Shown: positions 10,258 through 19,652 of the stretch, one piece after another
How the letters are laid out: each line of letters begins with the position of its first letter
Numbering within the stretch: position 1 is the first letter of the stretch
DNA from: Spirochaetia bacterium
Lineage (GTDB): Bacteria > Spirochaetota > Spirochaetia > CADAEX01
DNA length: 64,000 nucleotides
Direction: 5' to 3'
Assembly (NCBI GenBank): GCA_963662265.2
Contig: CAXXHA010000011.1
Span: forward strand, 155,611-219,610
The notes under the pieces: generated by a model
The model's database searches: none
Seen by the model: only the letters and a program-made list of their open reading frames with translations
What the model was told of the DNA's origin: nothing
Translations under genes and position numbers: made by a program

Positions 10258-11769
10258 GTGAACAATAAAATAAAACAGATAATCCTGCTTGTGCTTGTTT
10301 CCGCACTGTTTGTGGTTATAGGACTGAACAGCACACGGTTTTTCAGGAGATTGGACTTAACTGAGAATAAATCATTTACAATTTCCGATGTATCAAAAGA
10401 TATAATCAGTACAATACCGGGTAATGTACAGATTACATATTTTCTTTCTGACAAGATCAGGAATATTACTCCTGTAGCTGCGGAAATTGAAGACCTTCTT
10501 TATGAATATTCGGCAAATTCCAGGGGACATGTAGCTGTAACAGTTCTTGATCCGCTGAAAACAAATACAGGGAAAAAAGCAGAGAATCTGGGGGTCCAGG
10601 CCCAGCAGATAGAAGTTTATGAGAAAAATGAACAGTCTTTTGCAATGGTTTATTCAGGTATAACAGTACAGTACCTGGACCAGGTGGAAACAATCCCGTT
10701 TATAATAAACCTTGAGACACTTGAATATGAAATAACATATAAAATCAGAAAACTTGTCGAAAACCTGAATACAAAAATCGGGATAGTAATCGGGGACAAC
10801 CGGAAAACAATGGAAAACAGTTTTTCATTCCTCGGAGAAAAGCTTTCAGCATCATTTGAAATTGAACAGATACAGCCGGGTATGGAAATTGCAGATGACT
10901 ACTCGGGAATCATAGTTCTCGGTGGAAAAGATCTTACAGAAAGCGATCTTCTTTATATTGATGAATACATAATGCACGGCGGCAAGGTGATGTTCTGTGT
11001 TGACGGTGTAGAAGTTGAAATGACAAGAAACCTTGAAGCAACAGTTCTCGAAGATGCCCCTGTATTTAAAATGATAGAAAAATACGGAGTTAAGATCAAC
11101 AGAGACCTTGTTATTGATAAATATGCAAGAAGAATACCTTTGAGAGGATCTTTCCCCATGCTTTATCCTCAGTGGGTTTCTGTTGCGGCTGAAAATGTTT
11201 CAAAAGAAAATCCTGTTACAAGCAGGTTTGCAGGCCTTGATCTTCTATGGACCAGCTCAATAGAAAAATCAGAAACAGACAGTAAAGTTGAAATAGAAAA
11301 ACTGCTTTCCTCTTCAGACCAGGCATACTCAATAAAGGAAAATATAACTGCCAATCCTTATGAGGTTAACGGACTTGCAGCGAATGAAAACCTTGAAAGA
11401 GGTGTTGTTGATTTCGGGTATGTTGTAAGCGGTAATTTCAAGAGCTACTTTACAGACAAGGAAAGCCCTGATAACAGGATGATTGTAATAGGGGATTCCG
11501 ACTTTGCATCAGATGTAATAAGATATTCAGACAGCCCGTTTAATATTGTTTTTGCTGAAAATGCGCTTGAATGGCTTGCTATTGATGATTCCCTTCTTTC
11601 TATCAAAACAAGGGACAAGAGAGATATGAGGCTTAATAAGATTCAGATTCCCGAACAGAAAGTAAAGGCAATTCTTTTTGTTTATCTTGTCAATATCGTA
11701 TTAATTCCTGCTGCAGTAATTGCATTTGGAGTAATAAGATTCATAAAACGAAAAAGAAAAGAATCTTAA
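10258..11769 (+). CDS. ABC transporter auxiliary component (GldG-like)
   Basis: RLDLTENKSFTIS, LEYEIT..I, IVIGDSDF; N- and C-terminal TMs. Confidence 0.85.
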   Translation: MNNKIKQIILLVLVSALFVVIGLNSTRFFRRLDLTENKSFTISDVSKDIISTIPGNVQITYFLSDKIRNITPVAAEIEDLLYEYSANSRGHVAVTVLDPLKTNTGKKAENLGVQAQQIEVYEKNEQSFAMVYSGITVQYLDQVETIPFIINLETLEYEITYKIRKLVENLNTKIGIVIGDNRKTMENSFSFLGEKLSASFEIEQIQPGMEIADDYSGIIVLGGKDLTESDLLYIDEYIMHGGKVMFCVDGVEVEMTRNLEATVLEDAPVFKMIEKYGVKINRDLVIDKYARRIPLRGSFPMLYPQWVSVAAENVSKENPVTSRFAGLDLLWTSSIEKSETDSKVEIEKLLSSSDQAYSIKENITANPYEVNGLAANENLERGVVDFGYVVSGNFKSYFTDKESPDNRMIVIGDSDFASDVIRYSDSPFNIVFAENALEWLAIDDSLLSIKTRDKRDMRLNKIQIPEQKVKAILFVYLVNIVLIPAAVIAFGVIRFIKRKRKES

Positions 11770-11790
11770 TGTTGAAGCGGGGTAATAATC

Positions 11791-12729
11791 ATGACTTTTA
11801 AAAACAAAATAATATCACTATCATCTGCTATTGCAGTGCTGACAATAATTTATATACTTGGTGCAGTTTTTTCTCCCGAAAGGATGCAGGAAAAAAAATC
11901 ACAGGAAAAGCTTTTTGATATCAAGCAGCTTGAAACTGTCGTCAAAATAAAAGTATCAACAAATGACGGATTTGCTGAAATTGTGAAAGAGGGCGGGGAA
12001 TGGATGGTTTATTCCGGAAGCAGCAAATATCCGGCCTCAGAACATAAAATTGATAATTTTCTTGATTCCATATTCAATCTGAATAAATTCCAGACAGTGG
12101 GAACTGATAAAAAACACTGGGAAAAGTTTGATCTTACAGAAGATAAAGCAAGAAGTGTTACGCTTGATAATGACAGCGGAGAAATGTTTACCCTCTACCT
12201 TGGTAAAAGCGGACCGGCTGAGCGCGGTGAATATATCAGAAGCACAAAATCCGATGAATGCTATCTTACAGACGGATCATTCAAAAGATATTTTTACAAA
12301 GATATCAATTACTGGAGTCATCTGAGAATTCTTGATGAAGAAATTGACAGTGCAAGCATTATTTCAATGGATATAACTGCTGATGTTGATGTAAAGGGTG
12401 AAAACTTTAAAGGCGCTCTCAAACTTGTAAAAGAGGATGCAGAGGGTAATTATGAGTGGTACAATCCTGAAAATAATGAAAAATTCCAGAGAAGCAAGGC
12501 TGACACTATTGCCAACAATATATCAGCACTTGTTGCAGACAGCTATACTGAGGAAAAACTCTCAAGAAAAGATGTTGTAATCAAAATAGAAACTGAAAAA
12601 TTCGGAAAGCAGATTATCGATATACAGAAAAAAAGTGAAGACCGCTTCCTGATAAATATAAGAGGTGATAAATATACTTTTATAATAAATCAGTATAAGA
12701 TACACAGAATAATCAGCCGTATTAACTAA
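11791..12729 (+). CDS. DUF4340-like membrane-anchored protein of the Gld-type ABC operon
   Basis: N-terminal TM, beta-rich periplasmic repeats (LYLGKSGP...EYIR), usual fourth gene of such operons. Confidence 0.7.
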   Translation: MTFKNKIISLSSAIAVLTIIYILGAVFSPERMQEKKSQEKLFDIKQLETVVKIKVSTNDGFAEIVKEGGEWMVYSGSSKYPASEHKIDNFLDSIFNLNKFQTVGTDKKHWEKFDLTEDKARSVTLDNDSGEMFTLYLGKSGPAERGEYIRSTKSDECYLTDGSFKRYFYKDINYWSHLRILDEEIDSASIISMDITADVDVKGENFKGALKLVKEDAEGNYEWYNPENNEKFQRSKADTIANNISALVADSYTEEKLSRKDVVIKIETEKFGKQIIDIQKKSEDRFLINIRGDKYTFIINQYKIHRIISRIN

Positions 12730-12878
12730 ACGCCTGATACAGGCTGCACCTGGAACAGAGTATCGTAATTATTTATATGCTTTGTCTGACAGGTGTCAGC
12801 CGGATTAAACATAATAACTATACCTTAAATGTGGTAAAGCTTATTCTTATAGTCTTAAATATTGGGTGAAAGAATAAT

Positions 12879-12923
12879 AAAAGCTGCAGGATCTGTAAAA
12901 TCTTACATCCTGCAGCTTTTTTT
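12879..12923 (+). terminator. Intrinsic terminator after the ABC operon
   Basis: aaaagctgcaggat...atcctgcagctttt followed by T run. Confidence 0.8.
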
Positions 12924-12936
12924 GATTAATGTAAGA

Positions 12937-12964
12937 TTGACAATAAGTAAAAATATTATATAAT
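12937..12964 (+). promoter_or_regulatory. Sigma70-type promoter for the sugar isomerase gene
   Basis: TTGACA-16 nt-TATAAT with both hexamers at consensus. Confidence 0.7.
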
Positions 12965-13139
12965 TGATTGAAGAAAGCAATTAAAGCTTTTATATTATGG
13001 CTGACACCGGGGATGATTTATCTGTGATATATGCATAAAAATGCATGAAACAATGTCTGCTGATGAATGTAAACAGTTTATCATCATAAATAAATCTAAC
13101 CCAGTATCTGCCATAAATTTATCACAATGGAGAAAAATT

Positions 13140-13964
13140 ATGGGTAAGTTAAATTACGGTCTCAACAGAATCATGGCACCGGGTCATGACCTTGAAACAT
13201 TTTTCAGAATTACATCAGAAATGGGGTTGAAGTACCTGGAAGTACGAAATGATCTCCCGGGTAATAAAATTTATGACGGCTACTCTGCTGAAAAAGTGAA
13301 TGAATTATCTGAAAAATACGGTGTAACAATTATTACTGTAAATGCAGTACAGCAGTTCAACAGAAAAGGTAATCTTGATGAAAAACTCGATGAAGTTGAA
13401 AAGATGGTTGAAGATGCTGCAAAAGTGGGATGCAGGGGAATAATACTGTGCCCTTTGAATGATCCTGAAGATAAAAGGTCAGATGATGAATCACTTGATG
13501 ATACAGTAAAAGCACTTAATAAATATGGAAGAGTTTTCAGAGACAATAATGTTACAGGACTTGTAGAACCTCTCGGATTTTCCATATGTTCAATCAGGAC
13601 AAAGAAAAAAGCTGTAAACGCTATTAATGCATCAGATTTTTCTGAAAGCTATAAAATAGTACACGACACATTCCATCATTATCTTGCAGGGGAAGGTGAA
13701 ATATTTCCTGCGGAGACAGGTCTTGTTCATATTTCAGGAGTTGAAGATAACCTTCCCAAAGAAGATATTACTGATGACAACAGAATCCTTATCAGAGAAA
13801 AAGATATTATGGGTAATCTCAAGCAGATTAAAGATATGTTTGACGGAGGGTATAAAGGTGTATTTTCTTTTGAACCTTTTGGACCGGCAGTACAGAAACT
13901 CAGCATAGCTGAACTTGAAGAAGGACTTAAGGAAAGCATAAGCCTTATAGAAGCAGCTGTATAA
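13140..13964 (+). CDS. Xylose-isomerase-like TIM barrel sugar isomerase/epimerase (2-keto-myo-inositol isomerase IolI-like)
   Basis: EVRND, GLVEPLGF, HDTFHHYL, LVHISG, SFEPF metal-binding motifs; GGAG RBS before ATG 13140 (ORF track start 13041 probably too long). Confidence 0.8.
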   Translation: MGKLNYGLNRIMAPGHDLETFFRITSEMGLKYLEVRNDLPGNKIYDGYSAEKVNELSEKYGVTIITVNAVQQFNRKGNLDEKLDEVEKMVEDAAKVGCRGIILCPLNDPEDKRSDDESLDDTVKALNKYGRVFRDNNVTGLVEPLGFSICSIRTKKKAVNAINASDFSESYKIVHDTFHHYLAGEGEIFPAETGLVHISGVEDNLPKEDITDDNRILIREKDIMGNLKQIKDMFDGGYKGVFSFEPFGPAVQKLSIAELEEGLKESISLIEAAV

Positions 13965-14162
13965 ACAATTATTTGAATAGTTTATGCATGTTATATAAAA
14001 TAATATGATTGCATAACAATGTTTAATTTGAAGATTTTTATTCGCAGGTCGGGAGTAATACCCAGAAGATTGCTGCATAATTTTGAAAAAAAGTAAGATT
14101 TTAATTGTATATTTTTTTTGAATCCTGGATCCGATGTACAATCAATTCCTTACCAGGATGGA

Positions 14163-14283
14163 TGGGCTTCTCGTAACCTTCGGTTACGAGAAGCCCAGAA
14201 CCGCATACTACGCTGCTTATTGATATATACTTCAGGGTTAGGCAATGTCGTTGATTTCTCCCCCGGATTTCATATCCGGGGGA
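14163..14283. repeat. Two GC-rich perfect palindromes (REP-like) in intergenic region
   Basis: tgggcttctcgtaacc-ttc-ggttacgagaagccca (14163-14197) and tcccccggat-ttcat-atccggggga (14259-14283). Confidence 0.6.
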
Positions 14284-14335
14284 TGTTTTAGGTAAATATA
14301 ATCAAACAGTAAATTATCAGTTCAGGGAGAATTTC

Positions 14336-15589
14336 ATGTTTCAGAACAATCAAGCACACAGACTTGTTAAAAATACAAATCAGAATAAATATGAAATTCT
14401 CAAAATAATTATTCAAAACAAAGGTATTTCCAGAAAAGAAATATCAGATATAACAGGACTTACAAGATCAGCAATTACCAGAAATGTTAATTCATTAATA
14501 GAAGATGAAATAGTATGTGAAACTGAATCCAGGGAAACAGGAAATATAGGAAGAAAGGAAATAGGGCTTTCTGTATGTCCCGGGAAAAATGCTGTCATTA
14601 CACTTGACTGCGGACGTTTAAGTCTTGAATGCACTGTTTTTGATCTGACAGGAGAAGAGATATTCAATATCAAGGGACATAAAGGTCTTTTTTCTTTTAA
14701 TAATTCTGATGAGGCAAGTGATGAAATAGAAATGCTTCTGAAAAAAGTTATAAGAAAGACAGAAGAAAGACATGAAAATATAATTGGAATTGGAATATCT
14801 GTACTCAGTTCAGTTTACTATGATGATAAAGAGCACGTAAATAATGATTCAAGGGAAAATCACAGAACATATTCATTCGGATGGGTGCCGTGGGGATGGA
14901 ATAAGCTGAAAGAGCGGCTTGAAGAAAATCTGCAAATGAATGTTTTTATAGAAAATCAGGCAAATATACTGGCACTTGGCGAGCTATGGTTCGGAAAAGG
15001 AAAGGGAACAGATAATTTTACTGTTGTTTCCTATGGAATGGGATTTGGAGGAGGCGCTGTTATAAACGGCACTCTGTTCAGAGGCGATCTCAATACTGTC
15101 GGAGAAATAGGCCATATCCCGATTATCAAGGATGGACCGGAGTGCTACTGCGGTCAGAAAGGGTGCCTTGAATCATATGTAATTCCTGATAATATGATCA
15201 GGCAGTATTATTTAAAAAAAGGTGAACAAAAGGAGCTGCCTGCAGATTATTCTGAAATTGCAGCTGAACTTAAAAAACTATTTGATGATGCATATAACGG
15301 TGATCCTGACGCATCTGGAATTATAAGTGAATTTGCATGGTATATAAGCCTCGGCTGCATCATGCTTATCAACACTTTCGGAAGCAGGAAAATGATTTTT
15401 TCATTCTATGAACTCGATGAACTTGACAATTCACTTTTATATAATGAGATTAAAAAAAATATTGAAGAAAAAAGCTTTTATATTCTGCTTGATAAACTTG
15501 AAATTGCAAAAAGCAGACCTGGAAGAAAAAGTTACCTGCTGGGAGCTTTTTCACTTGTTGTAGATGACTATTTCTCCAACAGGATATAA
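14336..15589 (+). CDS. ROK-family transcriptional repressor (XylR/NagC-like)
   Basis: N-terminal wHTH (ISRKEISDITGLTRSAIT), GEIGH, CYCGQKGCLE Zn motif. Confidence 0.92.
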   Translation: MFQNNQAHRLVKNTNQNKYEILKIIIQNKGISRKEISDITGLTRSAITRNVNSLIEDEIVCETESRETGNIGRKEIGLSVCPGKNAVITLDCGRLSLECTVFDLTGEEIFNIKGHKGLFSFNNSDEASDEIEMLLKKVIRKTEERHENIIGIGISVLSSVYYDDKEHVNNDSRENHRTYSFGWVPWGWNKLKERLEENLQMNVFIENQANILALGELWFGKGKGTDNFTVVSYGMGFGGGAVINGTLFRGDLNTVGEIGHIPIIKDGPECYCGQKGCLESYVIPDNMIRQYYLKKGEQKELPADYSEIAAELKKLFDDAYNGDPDASGIISEFAWYISLGCIMLINTFGSRKMIFSFYELDELDNSLLYNEIKKNIEEKSFYILLDKLEIAKSRPGRKSYLLGAFSLVVDDYFSNRI

Positions 15590-15610
15590 AATTAAGACTT
15601 TTTATGACAT

Positions 15611-15645
15611 AAAAAAAGCATACCTGTTTATCAAGGCATGCTTTT
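15611..15645. terminator. Probable bidirectional terminator between convergent genes
   Basis: aaaagcatacct-N8-aggcatgctttt imperfect hairpin with A and T tails. Confidence 0.5.
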
Positions 15646-15686
15646 CGAAAATATAAATTAAATTGTTTACTTGTTAAATACAGAAA

Positions 15687-16823
15687 TCATGTATTAAAGT
15701 TTTTTGATGAAATATATTCCCTGTATTTTTCAGGATCTGATCTGAATGCAATAATATCCCTTTCCGGTTCAGAAAAAGCCTTGTTTAAAGCTCCTTCAGC
15801 TTCTTTTATGAGAATTGTGGGAGAAAGAATCCTTCCGTTACGGGAGCTTAAACCTGATTTTAAATTATCTGCCCCGAACAGCTGTTCAAGCCTGATGAGA
15901 AAAGCCTTAACTTCAGAAATGCCTGTTTCCAGTTCCTTGTCAGGCATGATAAGGGCCAGACCCTTTTTGCCGTATTCAAATGACAGGTCAAGTGAAAAGT
16001 AACTGTTTACAGTATCTATAAGGTCTTTTTTAATCTGTTTAAGTTTCACACCGCTGTTTTCAAAGCTGATAATTGCAAATGAAACATCAAGATCAAATGA
16101 AGCTGCTTTTTCAAGTTCGTATTTAAGCTTTTTTTCAAGATATTCTTCCCATACCAGGTTGTTGTCTCCTTTATCAGGTTTCGCTTTTTCCTGTTTTTCA
16201 GTTATATCTGATTCTTTTTCTTTCTTATTTGAATCAGTATCCCTGTATGTATTGACTGAAATAACAGTTTTATTTCTCTGAGGCATGTATAGAATAAAAA
16301 TTATTGAAACAATAATAAAAACCAGGAGAAAGATAATTGATATCTTTATTAACCTTATGATTTCAGAATCAGAGACTATTTTGTATAGAATTTCTATGTT
16401 GAATGTGTCATGTCCGGGAATAATAAATGAATCATTGAGAACTGAATATGAAAACCCTGTGCCTGTATATTCCGGATAAGAAATATTTCCCATGCTGTCC
16501 GGTTCAGGTTTTGTTTTTATATGCTTTCTGCTCTTGATATATAAATATTTAACATTATTATTTTTATCGGAAATAATCACAGAATAAATTCTGTTGTTAT
16601 CTGAAATAGCTTTTTTAACTCGGTTTTTAAACAGGTTAGAACTGAAACTTCCTTCTGCAAGATATACAGTTGTGAGGTCTGTTTTTAATTTATTAACTGT
16701 TTTTAAACCGACTTTTGAATTATTCTTATAAACTGAACCAAGATAGATTCCAGCTGTTAAAGTTATTAGAAGCAGTACTGATAAACTTATTATCAGATAT
16801 GTTTTAAATAAATTAGTTTTCAT
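15687..16823 (-). CDS. Two-TM membrane protein with C-terminal degenerate GGDEF-like domain (spirochaete type)
   Basis: Two TMs flanking a periplasmic domain; LKYELEKA..S, FEYGKKGLALI in place of RYGGDEF, SGLS, LIKEAEGAL; ATG at 16823 preferred. Confidence 0.65.
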   Translation of the reverse strand: MKTNLFKTYLIISLSVLLLITLTAGIYLGSVYKNNSKVGLKTVNKLKTDLTTVYLAEGSFSSNLFKNRVKKAISDNNRIYSVIISDKNNNVKYLYIKSRKHIKTKPEPDSMGNISYPEYTGTGFSYSVLNDSFIIPGHDTFNIEILYKIVSDSEIIRLIKISIIFLLVFIIVSIIFILYMPQRNKTVISVNTYRDTDSNKKEKESDITEKQEKAKPDKGDNNLVWEEYLEKKLKYELEKAASFDLDVSFAIISFENSGVKLKQIKKDLIDTVNSYFSLDLSFEYGKKGLALIMPDKELETGISEVKAFLIRLEQLFGADNLKSGLSSRNGRILSPTILIKEAEGALNKAFSEPERDIIAFRSDPEKYREYISSKNFNT

Positions 16824-17057
16824 AAGTTTATTATTACTTATAATTGAAAATTTGTGAACACTTTTTTTTATTCTGCATAAAAATGACAACTTATGAAAAT
16901 ATAAAATATGTAGTATAATATAATATTTTTTGATAGATCATGGTTGAATTATTTTTATTTTATCCCTGCTGCCGGATGCAGTTTAAGGGATTTTTATTAT
17001 GTTATATAATATTCTTCTGTGAGTATTTTAACAGACAGATAAATAGTTGTTGTATAT

Positions 17058-18410
17058 ATGTTTAAATTAGACGGTATATCCGGTATCAAAAAAGTAAAAT
17101 GGAAACACCTTAGGCCTGGAGTAATCTTCCTTTCAGGCGCTTCAGTGAATGGTTCTCCAATACCTGAACTGCTTGATTTCCCGGTAATCACTGAACAGCT
17201 TTTATATGAACTCTTTAACAAATACAGATTTTTATCTGACAGGGAAGTTGTAATTGCAGAACCTGTATATAATTACAGCCCTTTCAGCCTGTCAAAAATC
17301 CTTAAAGAGGGAAATGAAAAAAGGGAACTGCTCAATCAGCTAAGGGCAAACCATGAAAAAGAAAAGAAAATGCTTCTTTTCGAGGCAGGTTTTGATGAAT
17401 CTCCCGGCATCCCCCTGATAAATACAGATGTAGTTGACCGTGATTTCCTGATAAAAGATACTTATAATTCCTTTTCTTATCTTTACGGACTGAACAACAG
17501 CCTTGATCTTATCCCCTCTGTATTTCATGATCTTGATCTTCAGATGTCTGTTGGGGACCTTTTAACAGGAAAGATAAACAGTAAATTCAATATACCGGAT
17601 GACAAAGAGGTACTTATTCATATTGCTGTTGATTTTTCAAAAAGCATGGATTCAATGGGAAAGCTTGATCTGGTGATCTCTTCAGTTGAATACTTTTGTA
17701 ATACAATTCCTCTGGTTTTTAAAAATACAAAAATTAAGCTGTATATTTTTTCTGACAGCTGTATACCTGCTGAACTTCCTTTCCGGTCGGGGGCAATCGA
17801 AAGAGGAGATACATCTTACAGCAGCTTTATGAAAAAAGTGCTGCATTTCCGTGATAAGGAAGTTCACAACAAGGTAATTGTTTTTACTGACGGAATCCCC
17901 ACAGACAGAACAGAAGCACTGAAAATCGGTGAACTTATTAAGAAAAATAGTGTAGATTATACCCAGATCATCTTTGATATTAAAGATGAACAGAGACATG
18001 AAATAGAGTTTCCTTTCGGTAAAGAGAGGATTGATACTGCTGATAATGTTGTAACAGATGTAACTGATAAAATGATACAGGTGGAACTCGATGATGAGGC
18101 GCTTGACAGGAAGATGAAGAGGATATTCAGCGAGTTTACAGAAATCGCCGAAGTCTGCGGAGGAAACCAGATAATCCTTAAAATAAACAAATTTATAAAT
18201 CTGGTTTCAGTCGAATGTTATGACAGGTATATGGGACTCCTTACCCTTGCAAGCAGGGAGGAGGCTGAGGCTCTGGAAAAGGAAAGCTCTGAAGAGGCTA
18301 AAAGAAGAGTAAAGAACTGGAACAACCCGGGGACGAAAAAACAGGTAGAGAGCAGCAGCTTTACCGGGACAGAAAAACAGGTTAAAAAGTGGAACTTTCC
18401 CAGGGTGTAA
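17058..18410 (+). CDS. vWA-domain protein with intact MIDAS
   Basis: VDFSKSM (DxSxS), GDTSY, VIVFTDG; no signal peptide. Confidence 0.75.
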   Translation: MFKLDGISGIKKVKWKHLRPGVIFLSGASVNGSPIPELLDFPVITEQLLYELFNKYRFLSDREVVIAEPVYNYSPFSLSKILKEGNEKRELLNQLRANHEKEKKMLLFEAGFDESPGIPLINTDVVDRDFLIKDTYNSFSYLYGLNNSLDLIPSVFHDLDLQMSVGDLLTGKINSKFNIPDDKEVLIHIAVDFSKSMDSMGKLDLVISSVEYFCNTIPLVFKNTKIKLYIFSDSCIPAELPFRSGAIERGDTSYSSFMKKVLHFRDKEVHNKVIVFTDGIPTDRTEALKIGELIKKNSVDYTQIIFDIKDEQRHEIEFPFGKERIDTADNVVTDVTDKMIQVELDDEALDRKMKRIFSEFTEIAEVCGGNQIILKINKFINLVSVECYDRYMGLLTLASREEAEALEKESSEEAKRRVKNWNNPGTKKQVESSSFTGTEKQVKKWNFPRV

Positions 18411-18558
18411 AGGCAGAATTTAACAAAAAAGCAGCAGGGCTGTGGTATATCAGCTCCGATTTTTGAATAAAACTGCTGAATAAATCATCTATTTGACTAG
18501 TTGCACAATCTCATTTAACATATAAACAATTAAAATACCTTATAAAAAGGAATAAAAA

Positions 18559-19536
18559 ATGAGAATTAAAAATATATTTATGCTTATCCTGATTCTGATA
18601 TCAGTATCCTCCTGGGCACTGTCTTCAGAAGATGCTTCAAAACAGGCAGTATCTGCATTTGAAAAGTCAGTTTCTTCAAGATCTGTTGCAGGTGTCGGAA
18701 ACATAGTATACGGTGAAAAAAAGATAGGAAGCAGCTATTCCCTTTATCTTCAGGAACTTATCTCGGGAGAAATCCAGAAATCTGAAAGCTTTGAGCTTTC
18801 CGACAGGGGAAACCTTGATGATATCATGAAAGAGGTAAAGCTGGCACTGTCAGGTATGACAGATTCCGACACATCAATTGATATCGGGATGCTTAAAGGG
18901 CTAGAATACATAGTTACAGGCAAATTCTTTGATAACGGAACTAATATCAAGCTCTTCCTTGACCTTGTAAAATCAGATACAGGTGTAAGTGTTTCAAAAA
19001 TGCAGTATGTAATCAGCAAATCTACACTTCCGACCGGAGTAGAGCTCCTCCCTGAAAACTACAACGATGCAATGTTTGTGCTTGAAGAACTTTCAGACCT
19101 TACAAAAAGCAGCGGAAAAGGTCTTGATGTAAGGGCCTGGAATGTACGGGGGGACGGAGGAATATACAGGGACGGAGAGGAGCTTCAGGTAAACTTTTTT
19201 GCAAACCGGGACTGTTTTATCAAGGTCTATCACATTGATGTAAATAAAAAGGCAAGCCTGATATTTCCCAATCCGTATTACTCTGACAATCATATAAAAG
19301 GAAAGCAGATCGTTAAAATCCCTGACAGCAGATATCCTTTTAAATTCAAGCTTACATCTCCCTACGGATCTGAGTTTATCAAGGTTATAGCATCCACCAC
19401 ACAGTTCAAGGATATAGAGGATTCTTTTAAAGAACTCGGTACTGCATCAGGCGAGCTTCTTACTAGGGGATTGGTTGTAGAAGCAAAAGAAACACTTACA
19501 GATGAGGCGCTTTTCAGCTACACGATATTAAAGTAA
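18559..19536 (+). CDS. Exported CsgG/FlgO-like plus DUF4384 domain protein
   Basis: Signal peptide (SVSSWA); DRGNLDDIMKEVKLALSG..IGMLKGLEYIVTG (CsgG/TolB_N-like); YRDGE..NRDCFIKVYHID..LIFPN..PYGSEFIKVIAS (DUF4384). Confidence 0.8.
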   Translation: MRIKNIFMLILILISVSSWALSSEDASKQAVSAFEKSVSSRSVAGVGNIVYGEKKIGSSYSLYLQELISGEIQKSESFELSDRGNLDDIMKEVKLALSGMTDSDTSIDIGMLKGLEYIVTGKFFDNGTNIKLFLDLVKSDTGVSVSKMQYVISKSTLPTGVELLPENYNDAMFVLEELSDLTKSSGKGLDVRAWNVRGDGGIYRDGEELQVNFFANRDCFIKVYHIDVNKKASLIFPNPYYSDNHIKGKQIVKIPDSRYPFKFKLTSPYGSEFIKVIASTTQFKDIEDSFKELGTASGELLTRGLVVEAKETLTDEALFSYTILK

Positions 19537-19652
19537 TCAGGGAAGCGGTAAATAATTCTGTTGTTATAATAATTTTGCCTGAATAAGGCTGATAACAATA
19601 TTACTTTTGGAAAATGAAAACTGAATATTAAAAAGTGAATCAGGAGTGGTTT

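Noticed and set aside
8584-12729. Evidence of gliding motility
   Set aside because: GldA/F/G-like ABC operons are widespread in non-gliding bacteria, and no gldK/L/M/N genes are present in the window.
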